Source of the DNA: Octopus sinensis
Taxonomy: Eukaryota
Direction of reading: 5' to 3'
Assembly (NCBI RefSeq): GCF_006345805.1
Contig: NC_042998.1
Span: 84,134,001-84,198,000, forward strand
Length of the DNA stretch: 64,000 nt
Below, piece by piece: positions 49,511 to 61,689 of this stretch; position 1 is the stretch's first letter; each line of letters starts with the position of its first letter. Position numbers and translations under genes: made by a program. The notes under the pieces were generated by a model. It searched no databases. It was given only the letters and a program-made list of their open reading frames with translations, and was not told the origin of the DNA.

Positions 49511-52500
49511 TATGACTGGCTTCTTCCACTTTCCGTCTACCAAATCCACTCTCAAGGCTTTGGTCAGCCCAAGGCTATAGAAGACATTTGTCTAAGGTGT
49601 TGCATAGTAGGACTGAACCCAAAACTATGCAGTTGGGAAGCAAAAGATTTTATGTCTCCTTGACTTAACATCACAGCAGATGTAAACAAGCATCACCATC
49701 ATACAAGCAGTGTTGTTCATTTCTAATATATTAGGGAAACATGTCTGGCCATGGAGAACTATTACTTTTGGTTGGAAACAAATGAATATCAGCAAACAGG
49801 AAGGGCATCCAGCTGTCAAAAACCTGCCTCAATGATTACCACCATCTGACCAGTGCAACAAATCAAAACAATGATGGTGATGATGTCTATACTAGAAAGG
49901 TAGACATGGACAGTATGAGGTCCATACCAATATGTTCTGAGTTTCAAAAACATCAATCTCAAATTTTGGCACAAGGTCAGCAATTTCGAGTAAGGGAGGG
50001 AGTCAATTACATCGACACCAGTACTCAACTGGCACTTACTTTATTGACCCCTGAAAGGATGAAAGGCAAAGTTGACTCAGTAGCATTTGAATCCAGAATG
50101 TAGAGATGGACAAAAATGTTGCTAATTATTTTGCCTGCCATGCTAATGATTCTGCCAGCTTGCCATATTATCTGAGTTACAATAATATCAAAATTGGGTT
50201 TTTTTTTTATGTTGCATCATGCGATATGATATGCTTGAGAAGACCTGTTGAGTCAAGTAAAACCAATATCGTAGCTGTGGCTAGTACCCCATCACTGGCT
50301 CCCGTGCCAGTAGCACATAAAAAGCACCGTCCGATCGTGGCCGATGCCAGTGTCCACTGACTGGCCCCCGTGTCGGTGGCATGTAAAAGAACACCATCCA
50401 AACGTGATCAATGCAAGGCTTGCCTGACGGGCTTCTGCGCTGGTGGCACATAAAAAGATCCCACTACATTCTCAGAGTGGTTGGCATTAGGAAGGGCATC
50501 CAACTGTAGAGACTCTGCCAGACCAGGTTGGAGCCTGGTGCAGCCACTGGCTCTCCAGACCTCAGTCAAACTGTCCAAACCATGTCAGCATAGAAAACAA
50601 ATGTTAAGCGATGATGGTGATGATGTTGCTGGAGTTGATTAAAAAAAAGATATATTGATTTCAATTCAAACAATTACTCAGTCTCTTACAAAATCTTGAG
50701 TCTAATCAAAAACATTTTGGTCCTTTAGCATTCAGATTCCTCTGTCAAATATATTATCAGTTATCGGCCATTGTCCATGCTGGCATGGGTTGGACAGTTT
50801 GACCAGGGTGGCAAGCTGGAAGGCTGCACCAGACTCCAATCTGATTTGCCTTATTTTCTATGGCTGGATGCCCTTCCTAATGCAAACCACTCCAGGAGTG
50901 TAATGGGTGCTTTTATGTACCACCAGCACAGGTGCCATTTGCATGATACCGGTATCTGCCACAACTGTGAATTTAATTGGCTTGGGCCCGACACTCGAAA
51001 GGTGAATGTTTGTTTATTCACATAGTTCAGGATTATTCATACATTATCTCATAGCTTTGAGATTTTGATGATGTGATTGTTTACTTTTAGAATGACACTG
51101 TAGGGTAGGTATGAGAGGTCAGATTTGGCCAGCTTGAACATAAAACAGGAAGAATATTTAGGTCAGATACAGTAGGTGTAAATGCTAAAGGGTTATATTG
51201 TTTTGGTGGGTACAATTCCTACTGCAAATACATTAATGAAAATAGACTGAGCTTTTCCAAGACACAAACTTGAATACAACACATAAAATTTCTGTCTATC
51301 ATTATCGTCATTACTTTAGTGATCACTTCTCCATGCTTGCATAGGATGCTGAGAATTAGATGAGACATTTTCTACAGCTAGATGCCATCCCTGTTGCTAA
51401 CCCTCACAAGCAGGGTAATATTTCCTCTACCCACCCACCCATATTCTCCTGGAAGACTAGTAACAAACAGCACCACTTGTACGACAGGGATGCTCATTTA
51501 CGATTAACATGTCACTATTTGCTACGAAAACAAAGGAGACACTTTATACAGTTATTTTGCATAAATCTAAGTAATTTCAAAAAACTCTCCAGACCAAGTT
51601 GTTTTGCATGTAAACCTATCTTAATTATTAGATGTTTGTTGTATTATTATTCTTAAAGATAGTCCTCTCACAGACAACAAAGCTCTACAGAGCAATACCA
51701 GATATACTTAAAGTATATTTGGTCATAATAATTATGAAATATTCCTATAACCCATAGTTTTTCTTATTGTAATACATTCAAAAGAACTATCAAGAAACGA
51801 TTTTTTTTATTGCCTGTCTGCAAACTATGGCCTTGTGAGGAAGATCAATTAATCCCATTTTGTAGAAAGCCAAAAATATATATATTCTAAACCAGTCGTT
51901 GGAATTTTGCAAAGAAATTTGCTTCATAATCATTTGTGAAAAGTAATAAATAATCTTTTACAAGAACCAGGACAATGTAATTATACTAGTGTAGTACAAT
52001 ACTAAGGAAAAAAACGGACATAACCACAGACATTTCATAAATATATATATATATATATTGACAAAACGGATACGAACCACATAGACGACATACTGGAATC
52101 TCTGAATGTTTTTAAAAATTCTAAAGTATGGTGTTTATTGTTTATAAAATATACTATAAAATGGTAATTAAGTCATTTTAAATAGTCTTAGAAACCAGAT
52201 TCCCTCACTGGCCCATTAAATTTTATTTACAGTATGTGTGCAGAATCCCCGAAAGTCTAAAAAAAAATTCTAGCAGACGACAAAACGGTAATTAAATCAG
52301 TTTAATTAATATTATGCAAAACGATTATATATTTGTAAATTTGATGAAAGTTGCATGTCAAATCTAGTGATAAATAGAAAATAAGTCAGGGACCGTGAAT
52401 AACAGTCGTGCGATGGAATACAAGATTTGGACACAATTAGCGACACCTATGTCCTTGTAAGTACAAGTCATAAATACAATAATTGAAACTAAAGGTTGTC

Positions 52501-53934
52501 TTGTCATAATCGATAGACCTCAAAGATCTATGGTATTTCGAAGGAACAACTTGAGATTTTTGTACAGAAAGGAATACATTAGAATTAACAGATTGTATAT
52601 TTGATTTTAAAAATTTATAAGGATCGAAGATAAATTTTAAGGGGGAAAAATTCCAATGTGTACAAATAAGTTAAGGAGTTGGGTACTGAATAATTATGTA
52701 AGCAAAAAATCCTTCAACTAATTGAAATTTTTCCACAGAGAAAGAGAAATAAACCAAATATAAAATAACTAAGCATGCGACTAGGTTTCGAGTTTTAACT
52801 GGATCCAGTTCAGTTTGGGAAAAAACAATGCTTGAAGTATAATCTCCTTTTCTCTTTAAAAGAAAATACTAGGAAGCCCTGTGCGACGTGAGAAATCAAT
52901 ATTGCAAATAAAGAGTGCTACAAAAATAAGTAGCAACTATAAATAAACTATGTAACTGAGACGTTTTAGTCGAACAATGCCTACATTTGGCCCTAAAATT
53001 GGCACAGGTTTAGTACAAATTTTGCGTTTTTCACCTGGGATGAGAGGGTACCTTAATGTGACATCAAGTAAGCCTATGTTTGACTACAAATGCAAAACTG
53101 TTATAATTAAAACATTAATTTTGTAAAAGGTTCAAAATATTAATCAAATGAAAGTAAACATCTAAATATTCTTAAATAGAATAAAGGGCACTACAGATTA
53201 AGATGACGGAGATGCCGTGACTGAAAATATGGCAAAAAAAATCTTTAACATTTTCACAGTAGCTAAAAATCTGATTATCTCAGTGTTCGAAACTGGTGAT
53301 TGATTTATAAAAATGAAAACAAAATATTCACTTTACTTTTTGATTCGAAAAAAGATGATATTCGAATCATATTTTCTTTAAGCTAAATATTTATTTCGTC
53401 TCAATGACTCTTAACATGCGCTTTTTCAATCAAAATTTTTCTAACTCTATAGATTTACATAATTACCATGTGAAATTACTAAAATTAGAATCACTGCAAT
53501 TTATTTGACAGTGTAATATCAGCGGAATGTGACCATCTCGTAGACTAGCTACAATTAGTGGAATTTTTTAGTGCAAAGTAAAATTTTCGGCATCGGAGAA
53601 AAAGAACTATTCGGTTTAAAATCCTGCTCGAGCCTTTTCAAAAGCATGAACATCACAGATTCTCCATTTATTTCGGCCCTGTGAACTTGACACAGTGTTT
53701 CTATATTAGTAATTCTTACTATTAATTCAATTAGCGTAAAAATTTGTAATTTGCACACAAATGTTAAGCGACAATACGTTTGATAAAACAATTAAAACAC
53801 TGTTTAAAAGCAACACTATTATTATCTTCTATCTTCAAACGATTCCACGAAAGAAAATTTTCTATTTTTAATTTCTGCTTACGAGGAGCAAATCATAAGA
53901 TATAGAGAAACCAATAGAGAAGAAGTGAGGTTAC

Positions 53935-54102
53935 CTGTGCAATGCGATTCCTCAGCGCACATGGCCGGTTTGGAGTTAACGTTGAAGACCGACCCTCACT
54001 GAAGGTTAATACGATTCGACAAGGTTGTCTGTAAAAGCTCTTGTGATTCGTTGTTTCTCAGTTTCAGAGACACCGCTATACACATTGTGATTTCCGCTTC
54101 CG
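53935..54102 (-). promoter_or_regulatory. Candidate TMEM161 promoter and non-coding first exon
   Basis: Tandem ETS-type CGGAAGCGGAA at 54092-54102; donor CAG|GTAACC at 53935/53934; unique, CpG-retaining sequence. Confidence 0.4.
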
Positions 54103-54799
54103 ATTTTCAGTTCTAAACAAGGATTTAGGTTTTGCTAACTACAGATCCTTTCGTCTCTTCCACACTTGAGGCAGCTGTTATTATTGTAGAGATGTATATT
54201 TTGATCGTAGATAATCAAGTATTATCCCCTGAATTTACCAAATACAAACGAATATCATTTTTTTTTTGCTATTATTGCAAGAATCATCAGCAAGCCGGGC
54301 AAAATACTGAATGGCATTTCGTCCGTCTTTACGTTCTGAGTTCAAATTCCGACCTTTTTAGTCGATGAAATCAGTACCGGTTGGACACTGGGGTCGATGA
54401 TCTCGACTCACCCACCTCCTCCGAAATTGCTAGCCTTGTACCAAAATTTGAAACCATTTTTATTCATTATAAATATATTTTAAACATATAGATATATTGT
54501 TTACTATAAATATCGCCTGTTTGGCGATCTTATCGAAAGATCGCCATATGTATGTTTTGTTGTTGTTTCCTTAATTTCTTCCAATCTTTGTACTTTATTT
54601 TCTTTATTTTACGCTTAATTTTTTTAATTGTACTTAGAAAGAATGGTTAAGAAGTTCGCTTCGCAATCACAAGGTCCCGTATTCGATCCCATTATGCAGC
54701 ATCTTATCCAAGAGTCATTTACTGTGGTTTTGGATCGGTCCAAGTTTTGTAAGTGTAATTTGGAGAGACGAAGACTGCAATTCAAAAGTTGCCAATCAA

Positions 54800-55020
54800 T
54801 ATCCTTTTCTATTCTAGGTGCAAGGCCCGAAGTTTTGGGGGGAGGAGGAGGGCGGTCGATTAGATCTACTCCAGTACGCAACTGGTACTTAATTTATTGA
54901 CCCCGAAAGAATGAAAGGCAAAGTTGACCTCGGCGGAATTTGAACTCAGAACGTGAAGACAGATGAAATACGGCTAAGCATTTCGCCCGATGTGCTAACG
55001 TTTCTACCAGTTTGCCGCCT
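54800..55020 (-). mobile_element. MetaSINE-like copy with standard tail
   Basis: Full copy. Confidence 0.8.
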
Positions 55021-55299
55021 TGCCTTGCCAAACAATATCATTCGGATTCTGTGAGAAGCTTGCTCTAAAAGAACACACGTCTGTGGGATAATCTGCCACT
55101 TGCACGATTGTTCAATAAGCAGCGAGCATATAGTCCAGTTGGGCTATCAGCTGAAAACTTATCGTCGAAACCGACGGAGATCCATTTGCTCATCGCAGAA
55201 CACTATTTTTGATTTGGAAATAAATAAGGAAAGACAACTCTCATAAGTAAATATTTTCTTCAGATGTTCTCCAAACACTCGTTCCAAATAAAGCTTTCT

Positions 55300-55585
55300 A
55301 GTTTAGGGGAGGAGGTAAGTGATACCAGCGACTCCAATATTTGACTGGTACTTTAGCTTCTCGATCCCAGTAGGATGAAAGGTAAAGTTGACTTCTGCGT
55401 TATTTGAACTCAGAACGTAAAGAGCCGAGCGAAATGCCTATTTCTTTATTACCCACAAGGGGCTAAACACAGATGGGACAGACATGGGTATTAATTCGAT
55501 TACATCGACCCCAGTACGAAAGGATGAACGGCAAAGTCGACCTCGGCGGAATTTGAACACACAACGTAACGGCAGACGAAATACG
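55300..55585 (-). mobile_element. SINE array 3' of the LINE: a Tx1-tailed unit followed by the remainder of a standard SINE
   Basis: Minus strand: gtatttcgtctgccg...ccccttgtgggtaataaagaaatag|gcatttcgctcggctctttacgttctgagttc. Confidence 0.75.
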
Positions 55586-55861
55586 AATTTCTTTATTGCC
55601 CACCGGGGGCCAAACATAGATATGGACAGTACAACTGATGGGATCAGTGAATCGATATGATTTTACATAAATGTGACATCAAAAATAAAATACAATACAT
55701 AAAAATCGAATGGAATACACAGTACAAAAACAATACAAATGAAGCGATGATCAAGTTACGCTCCGATCCCACAAGCCCCGATCTACCGCTGATACCTTTT
55801 TATTTTTCCTTTTTTTTTTTTTTTCCTCGTCTATTCACACGGTTCCTTGCACGCACAACAC

Positions 55862-57952
55862 TCATGCAACATACTTCCATCTCTTTTGGAACGTACACTC
55901 TGACAGACACCTCTTCTCCAGCCACAGTTTCCTTTTCAAATGAAAAGAAACAAAGGATCGTAAATTGTCACCAGAGATAAAGTTGCCTGTCTTAATTCCT
56001 TTTATCCTAGTATTCCATACAGCCTCTTTTGCTATTGCTACAACCGTGAGAAAACAATTCTTACCTTCGTTCGTTAGAACTCCCGGTGGGTCAATTTTTA
56101 TAATTGACTCAGTCGACAGCCGTACTCTTCCTTCGCCGGACAACAGATGTTCAGTATAAGCCCACATTTCAGTTATCTCCGGACACTGAACAATAGCGTG
56201 AGGGACGGTTTCCCTGTCCCCACCGCATCTTGGACAGGTCGGCGACTGACGTTTACCATGTCTTGCGAGCTTATCCCAAACGGGCAAGGCACCTCTGTAG
56301 CATTGCCAGGTTAAGGACTTTTGGAAGTTGTCCAACGTTCTCAACCCGAATGTACGATGAAACAAGCTGTCCAGTTGAATAAATCCGAGACCTAGAGTCG
56401 ACCCCAGGCCATCGTCGCATTCAGACTCTACCAACCCACTATATAAAATCCGTGTGGAACCCCCACCGCTGGCGTTGCCCGAGCGCCGGAACAGCAAGAG
56501 GGCCTTACGGCACTCTTTATGCCACTCACTCGACCTCGGTCTACGAGAACACCAGGCTTCCTGTTCGCAAAAACTCTTGAACTCAGGGAACATTTGTCTG
56601 GCCAGCGGAGACCACACCCGTTCACTATCCAGGAGAATCCAGAGGTGCCTCAACCTCAACGCATGTCTGCGCATCATTAACCAAGGCATCCCTAAACCTC
56701 CATTTAAAGGCTTTTGACAGCAGACAGAGCGTTTCACAAGTGGCGACCTGCCCTTCCACAAAAAGCGAAAGAGCTGTCTCTCCAACCTGATCAACCACGA
56801 ATCCGGACAGGGCACGACAGTCAGGCGGTAGGTAATGACCGATGCGATAAACACATTGGCCACTTCCGCCCTCCCTTTCAGGGATAGCCACCGCCAAGAC
56901 CAAGTCTTGACTACTGCAGCCACCCTGCTCAATACCTCCGTCCAGTTCTTCTCTATCTGGAGCCCTGGTCCAAACCAGACTCCCAGAAACTTAACCGGTC
57001 CCTCCGTCCAGCGCCTAACAGCACTGTCTGAAGGCATCGACTTGCCAACCCAGGTGCCGAGCTGCAAGCCGACCGACTTTTCCCGGTTAATCTTTGCTCC
57101 TGCTACCTCCTCGTAAGCCTCAATAGTCTTACCTACTTCACGTAGGCGTACCACTGTGGTTACACTGATAGTGATATCATCCGCGAAAGCCGTAACAAAC
57201 TCCTCTAGTCCTGGTTCTCTCGGGATGCCACTCAACCTTTGCAGTAATGGCTCGAGAGCCATCACATACAAAAGTGGTGAAAGCGGACATCCTTGACGAA
57301 CCGAGCGTCTGATGCAGAACGGCTTCGAAAGGAAACCGTTCACCCGAACTATCGAGTCAATGTTGTGGTACAAAGCGATAAACCACCTGAGGAAGCCAAG
57401 GCCCAGGCCAAACCGTGCAAGTACAGTCGCTAGGTATCGATGGTCAACCCTATCAAAAGCTTTAGACTGGTCCAAATGCACCAATGCCCCACCTTTGCCA
57501 GATTTATTACCAAACCTCTCTATGGTATAGCGAATAAGATGGAGGGTATCCTGAATGGTTCTGCCTGGGCTGGCACATGTCTGTGCCTCCCCGACTATAC
57601 CATTCGCGACACGCGCCAACCTTTTTGCTAGAACCTTGGCCAAAATCTTCACTTCTGCGTTTAACAGAGTGATGGGCCTGAAATTCTCTAGAACGTCCCC
57701 CTTGTCCGGGTCCTTTCTGACCAACGTCACTACTCCCCGGCGCACAGATCTGGGGATAAACCCATTCTGTTTCCAGTTCGCGTACACGTCAGTCAGTAGT
57801 TGCCCGAACAAGTCTGGCATACATTTATACAGCTCGTACGGAAGACCATCAAGTCCCGGTGACTTACCCGCTTTACAATCGGCCAAAGCCTCCATCACCT
57901 CCTCAAGTGTGATTGGCCCTTCGCAAGACTCCGCATCCGACCCGAGAGGCAC
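55862..57952 (-). CDS. Tx1 ORF2: reverse transcriptase and C-terminal zinc finger (696-aa open segment; the parent ORF2 is frameshifted upstream)
   Basis: KSPGLDG, FRPITLLN, LDQSKAFDRVDH, SVRQGCPLSPLLY, AFADD, KFLGV, CPRCGG.ETVPHAIVQC. Confidence 0.9.
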   Translation of the reverse strand: MPLGSDAESCEGPITLEEVMEALADCKAGKSPGLDGLPYELYKCMPDLFGQLLTDVYANWKQNGFIPRSVRRGVVTLVRKDPDKGDVLENFRPITLLNAEVKILAKVLAKRLARVANGIVGEAQTCASPGRTIQDTLHLIRYTIERFGNKSGKGGALVHLDQSKAFDRVDHRYLATVLARFGLGLGFLRWFIALYHNIDSIVRVNGFLSKPFCIRRSVRQGCPLSPLLYVMALEPLLQRLSGIPREPGLEEFVTAFADDITISVTTVVRLREVGKTIEAYEEVAGAKINREKSVGLQLGTWVGKSMPSDSAVRRWTEGPVKFLGVWFGPGLQIEKNWTEVLSRVAAVVKTWSWRWLSLKGRAEVANVFIASVITYRLTVVPCPDSWLIRLERQLFRFLWKGRSPLVKRSVCCQKPLNGGLGMPWLMMRRHALRLRHLWILLDSERVWSPLARQMFPEFKSFCEQEAWCSRRPRSSEWHKECRKALLLFRRSGNASGGGSTRILYSGLVESECDDGLGSTLGLGFIQLDSLFHRTFGLRTLDNFQKSLTWQCYRGALPVWDKLARHGKRQSPTCPRCGGDRETVPHAIVQCPEITEMWAYTEHLLSGEGRVRLSTESIIKIDPPGVLTNEGKNCFLTVVAIAKEAVWNTRIKGIKTGNFISGDNLRSFVSFHLKRKLWLEKRCLSECTFQKRWKYVA

Positions 57953-59228
57953 GGCAGCCCGGTAAGAAAGTCCTCGAGGGCTCTCCCACCACCAGGACCG
58001 CCGTCACCCCCGAACAGCTGGGCGAAGTACTCCCGACAGACCTCACCATTTTCTCGGGCGTTTATCAAGACACCATTTTGATTCGTCAAAGACCGAATAG
58101 AGGAACTATTTCCTTGCCGAGCTTCCACCACTCGGGCCCATCCAGCGGCTTTGATTCCTTCACTTCCCATTGCACGTAACTTAGCTCTGGTAATACTTCC
58201 CATGTGGTGGGCTTCAAGATGCTGGTTTAACTCCAGTCTTTTCACCCTCGCTTGGTCTGTATTACCAGTCCTCCAGGCTTCTTCTAGTTCCTTAACTAGA
58301 CCATCTCCTATTTTACGTCCCTTCTTAGCTAAACTTATGCTAAACCTAATAGACTCATATTTGATAGCTCTTTTTAGGCTCATTTGTTATTAATGATGGT
58401 ACCTGTTAATGCCCTCTGTATTAACATCTTGATCCGCTTTCTGTACTCCTCAATCGCCAAAAGGGACGTATTGAGTTTCCAGTAGCCAGATCCCTGTCTA
58501 TGCAACTTATCTACCGTCAGTTTACAGGTAACCATCTTGTGGTCACTGTAGCTGACTAGAAAAAACTGTGGACACTCAACTATGGACTTATCTTTTTCTC
58601 TAATTAAAATCCTATCTAGATATGTTCTGGTAGACCCGTCACTATTTGACCACGTCCACTGTGGAGTGTTCGGGTGCTCCAACCTATATGGATCTGCTAG
58701 CTGAAATTGACTTAGCAGATCCCGAAAGCCTGTGTTACATTTTCTGTTCATGTTCGAGTTTGAGCCAACACAATCTGTGTGTGCTGCACATATTGTATTA
58801 GAGTCTCCTAACACTACTAGTGAATGCGACGTGGCTAGGAACTTTCCTAGGCCACGAAAATATTCAGTTTGCGGGCCAATAATGTTTGGTGCATAAATAG
58901 CGACCAGCCTGATTGTCTTGCCATAACTGAATGTCAAGTCGAGAACGACCAGCCTGCCTTCTGGGTCAGAAAAAACCAACTTTTTCTCGGCTACCCGGTT
59001 TCTTTTTAGTAGGACCAACACCCCACCCCCACCTCCCGCCCGACTCGGAGAAACGTATTTCTCGTAGCCGTTCAGGAGGGGGAGCAGATCTCTTGGCCCC
59101 TTCACCCGGGTTTCCGTTGCAACAATTACATCCAAATTTCTCGACCTGATGTCATTCAGAAAGCGTCCTTGCTTCCAGCTTGACAACAGGCCATGAACAT
59201 TTAAACAACCAATGTGAATAGCCATCAC
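57895..59228 (-). pseudogene. Tx1 ORF2 N-terminus (APE endonuclease and linker), broken by a stop and a frameshift
   Basis: IGCLNVHG..ATET..AIYAPN..LGDSN..WTWSN..YLDRIL..SDH..GYWKLN. Confidence 0.88.
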
Positions 59229-60790
59229 TTACCTGTTTAATTAGGATTGTCCGGTGGAGGGGGACCCTCCACTTTTTTTTATCCAGGGTCGGAGGTGGAC
59301 GGTCTTGGGAAATAGATTTGTCAAAATCCCGTCTCACCACCGACACAGAATTATCAGGTGGAGGGGGAATCTCCACCTTTTCCTTTTCTCGCGGGATCGG
59401 AGCTGGTAATCCATGAAATATCGACTTGTTAAAATCTAATCTCAATGAAGATACAGTCTTTCTGTACTTATTTTGTAGAATTCTATAAGTCTTATTTGAG
59501 ACTTCATATATGTCGTAATTGATAAATTCCTCTGAAAGGTTATCAATTTTTTTTACAGTCTTTATGAGTTGAATGTCTCTCATGAGCTCAGTATCTTTAG
59601 TGTATACGGCTATTATGCCTTTTTCTTCTTTTTCTCTTCTGGCAGTCTTTTTGGTCGTTGTTCTGTAGTAGTCGCCGCTCTCGGCTGGGTTGCTGGTTGT
59701 ATTTTTCTTTTGTTTGTTGTTTTTTTCTCATCTGTTTCTTCTTTATCTTCTTCCTCTTTGTCTTTTTTCCTCTTCCTCCTCTTCTTCATTTTCCTTGCAG
59801 TTCCTTCGAATGTGGCCTAATTGACCACATAAAAAACATCGAGGTTTTCGGCCCTCAACAAACACCACGAGGTTCTCCTCCCCTACCTCAATTGTCTCAG
59901 GAATTGTTTGAATTATTTAGGGTCCGCTTGAATGAGAAGATTAATTGTTTTACCATCCCAGCGTGGGTTTTCCGTAGCGGTAGCCTGGAGGAGAGTAATT
60001 TTTCTACCTCTTTGATTAGGACTGCCGCCAACAACCACATAGGTTCGACCTCTGGCGGGACCCTTGTAATTTTTATTCGCGACGTCCTCATCCCCATATA
60101 ATAGGGTATTAACTCCACGTCGTTCGTTTTCAACGTTTCTACTGAGTTCTTGTGTGCTATTTCTTTATTGGTGAACCTTACTTCCACCGTTCCGAATTTT
60201 TTTCCTCTTCTCAGAAATACTACGTCGCCCAAATTGGCTTTAAGCACTTTTCTATTTTCTCTTCTGACATTCTTTCAATTTTTCTATTTTGTAGACAATA
60301 TGTTTTGAAAATTATGTTTTTTTGCTTTCTTCTGTAATAACTTTTGCGGAGGTTCAATTTTCACACTGTTGTCATTATTTCCATCATTTTGCTGTATTTC
60401 ATAATTTCGCTTTTATTCGTCGACAGTATCTGGGTTCCACCCCCAGCAGCCAACGCAAAACTTTTTTTTCCATTTTTTAGTTCTATCTGGATGCTAGGCA
60501 CATCAATTATTCTCTTCGACACAATGCCTTTGTTCTCTGGCAAAGTCGGACTCTTCTGGTGAAAGTTCTGACGAGCTCTCGACACATCTCCAAAAATATC
60601 AAATATATTATCCTCTCTGCTATTCCTTCTTGTAGGGGAAACCCTATTTCCTTGTCTGTAGTTGGCTCCTCGCCGGACATGTATTTCCTCCTCTCAACAG
60701 GAGAAACAAGTATTTCTGCTCCAACGGTAGGCTCCATGCTAGACGACATTCTTCCCCCCAAAGGGGGAATGAACAACGCGTGCTACCACA
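59226..60790 (-). pseudogene. Tx1 ORF1 (gag-like), disrupted
   Basis: FLRRGKKFGTVEVRF..LIPYYMG; knuckle near 59810-59860; homologous to 4789-6395. Confidence 0.75.
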
Positions 60791-60913
60791 AGCACTAAGT
60801 GTTTTCAATTGAAAACTCCAACAGTTAAGTTATTCAACAGTTTAACAAGAAACAACAGTTGTTAACAATATTAACACCACGAAACAGCAATTCTTACTTC
60901 ACGAACACATGTG

Positions 60914-60975
60914 CGGCAGACGAAATACGGCTACGCATTTCGCTCGGCGTGCTAACGTTTCTGCCAGCCCGCCGC
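60914..60975 (-). mobile_element. 5' head of the SINE split by the LINE insertion
   Basis: ggcggcgggctggcagaaacgttagcacgccgagcgaaatgcgtagccgtatttcgtctgccg. Confidence 0.85.
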
Positions 60976-61265
60976 CGTTTCCAAAACGGGCGAAATACTG
61001 TTTGCAGATACTAACGATTCGACCCGTTAGCACGTCGGGCAAAATGCATAGCGACATTTCGTACATCTTTACGTTCTGAGTTCAAATGGCGCCGGGGTCT
61101 ACTTTGCCTTTCATTCTTTCGGGGTCGATAAAATAAATACCTGTTCAGTAATAAGGTCGATGTAATCGACTTACGCCCCTGTCCCGAAACTGTTGAACTT
61201 GTACCAACGTTAGGTAGGATCGGACTTGTACCACGTTTGGTGGGGTCGGAACACTAACTGCGAGA

Positions 61266-61355
61266 TTCCTGTTTTCACTGGCAACCCGCCATGCAGAGAT
61301 AACTGGTAAGTCTCGTGAGGGCGCTCGGCTGTTCCAGCGCATCAGCCTCGCCATC
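61266..61355 (+). mobile_element. Possible CRE-clade retrotransposon C-terminal fragment
   Basis: FLFSLATRHAEITGKSREGARLFQRISLAI resembles the recalled CRE C-terminal motif. Confidence 0.4.
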
Positions 61356-61689
61356 ACCGGCGTGTCTCAATGGCCATTAGAAAGGTTTCCCTGCGTCCCT
61401 GACTTTTCAACCCAATGTCGTGAATTGTTTTGTTTTGTTTTTTAATTTTCTATTTTTTCAATTGTGTTCTCTGTTTTGTCCAGTTTTCTAGTTTAGTTTT
61501 GTAAAACGGTAAATACTGTGAAGGTAATAAAACTGCGCGTTATATTTACTTATAATACAAAATAATCCTTTCTACTAAAGGCACAAAACCTAAAATTTTG
61601 GAGAAAGGGGTGAGCCAATTGTATCGACCCCAGTATTAAACTAGTACTTATTGACCTCGAAATAATGAAAGGCAGAGTTTTTCATGCGT

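Larger units (their letters stand above)
55586..60913 (-). mobile_element. Tx1/L1-clade non-LTR retrotransposon, full length (~5.3 kb), with 16-bp TSD
   Basis: ORF1, APE, RT and zinc finger; TSD CGGCAGACGAAATACG at 55570-55585 and 60914-60929. Confidence 0.95.

Noticed and set aside
52059-52290. Short direct repeat gacaaaacgg with CAGACGA and GAAA motifs
   Set aside because: No consistent stems I-III in any permutation.
52780-52830. GAAAC-cta-GUC on the minus strand
   Set aside because: No CUGANGA-like core or stem I partner.
56454-57965. Plus-strand ORFs of 60-136 aa opposite the RT
   Set aside because: Antisense shadows of the Tx1 ORF2.
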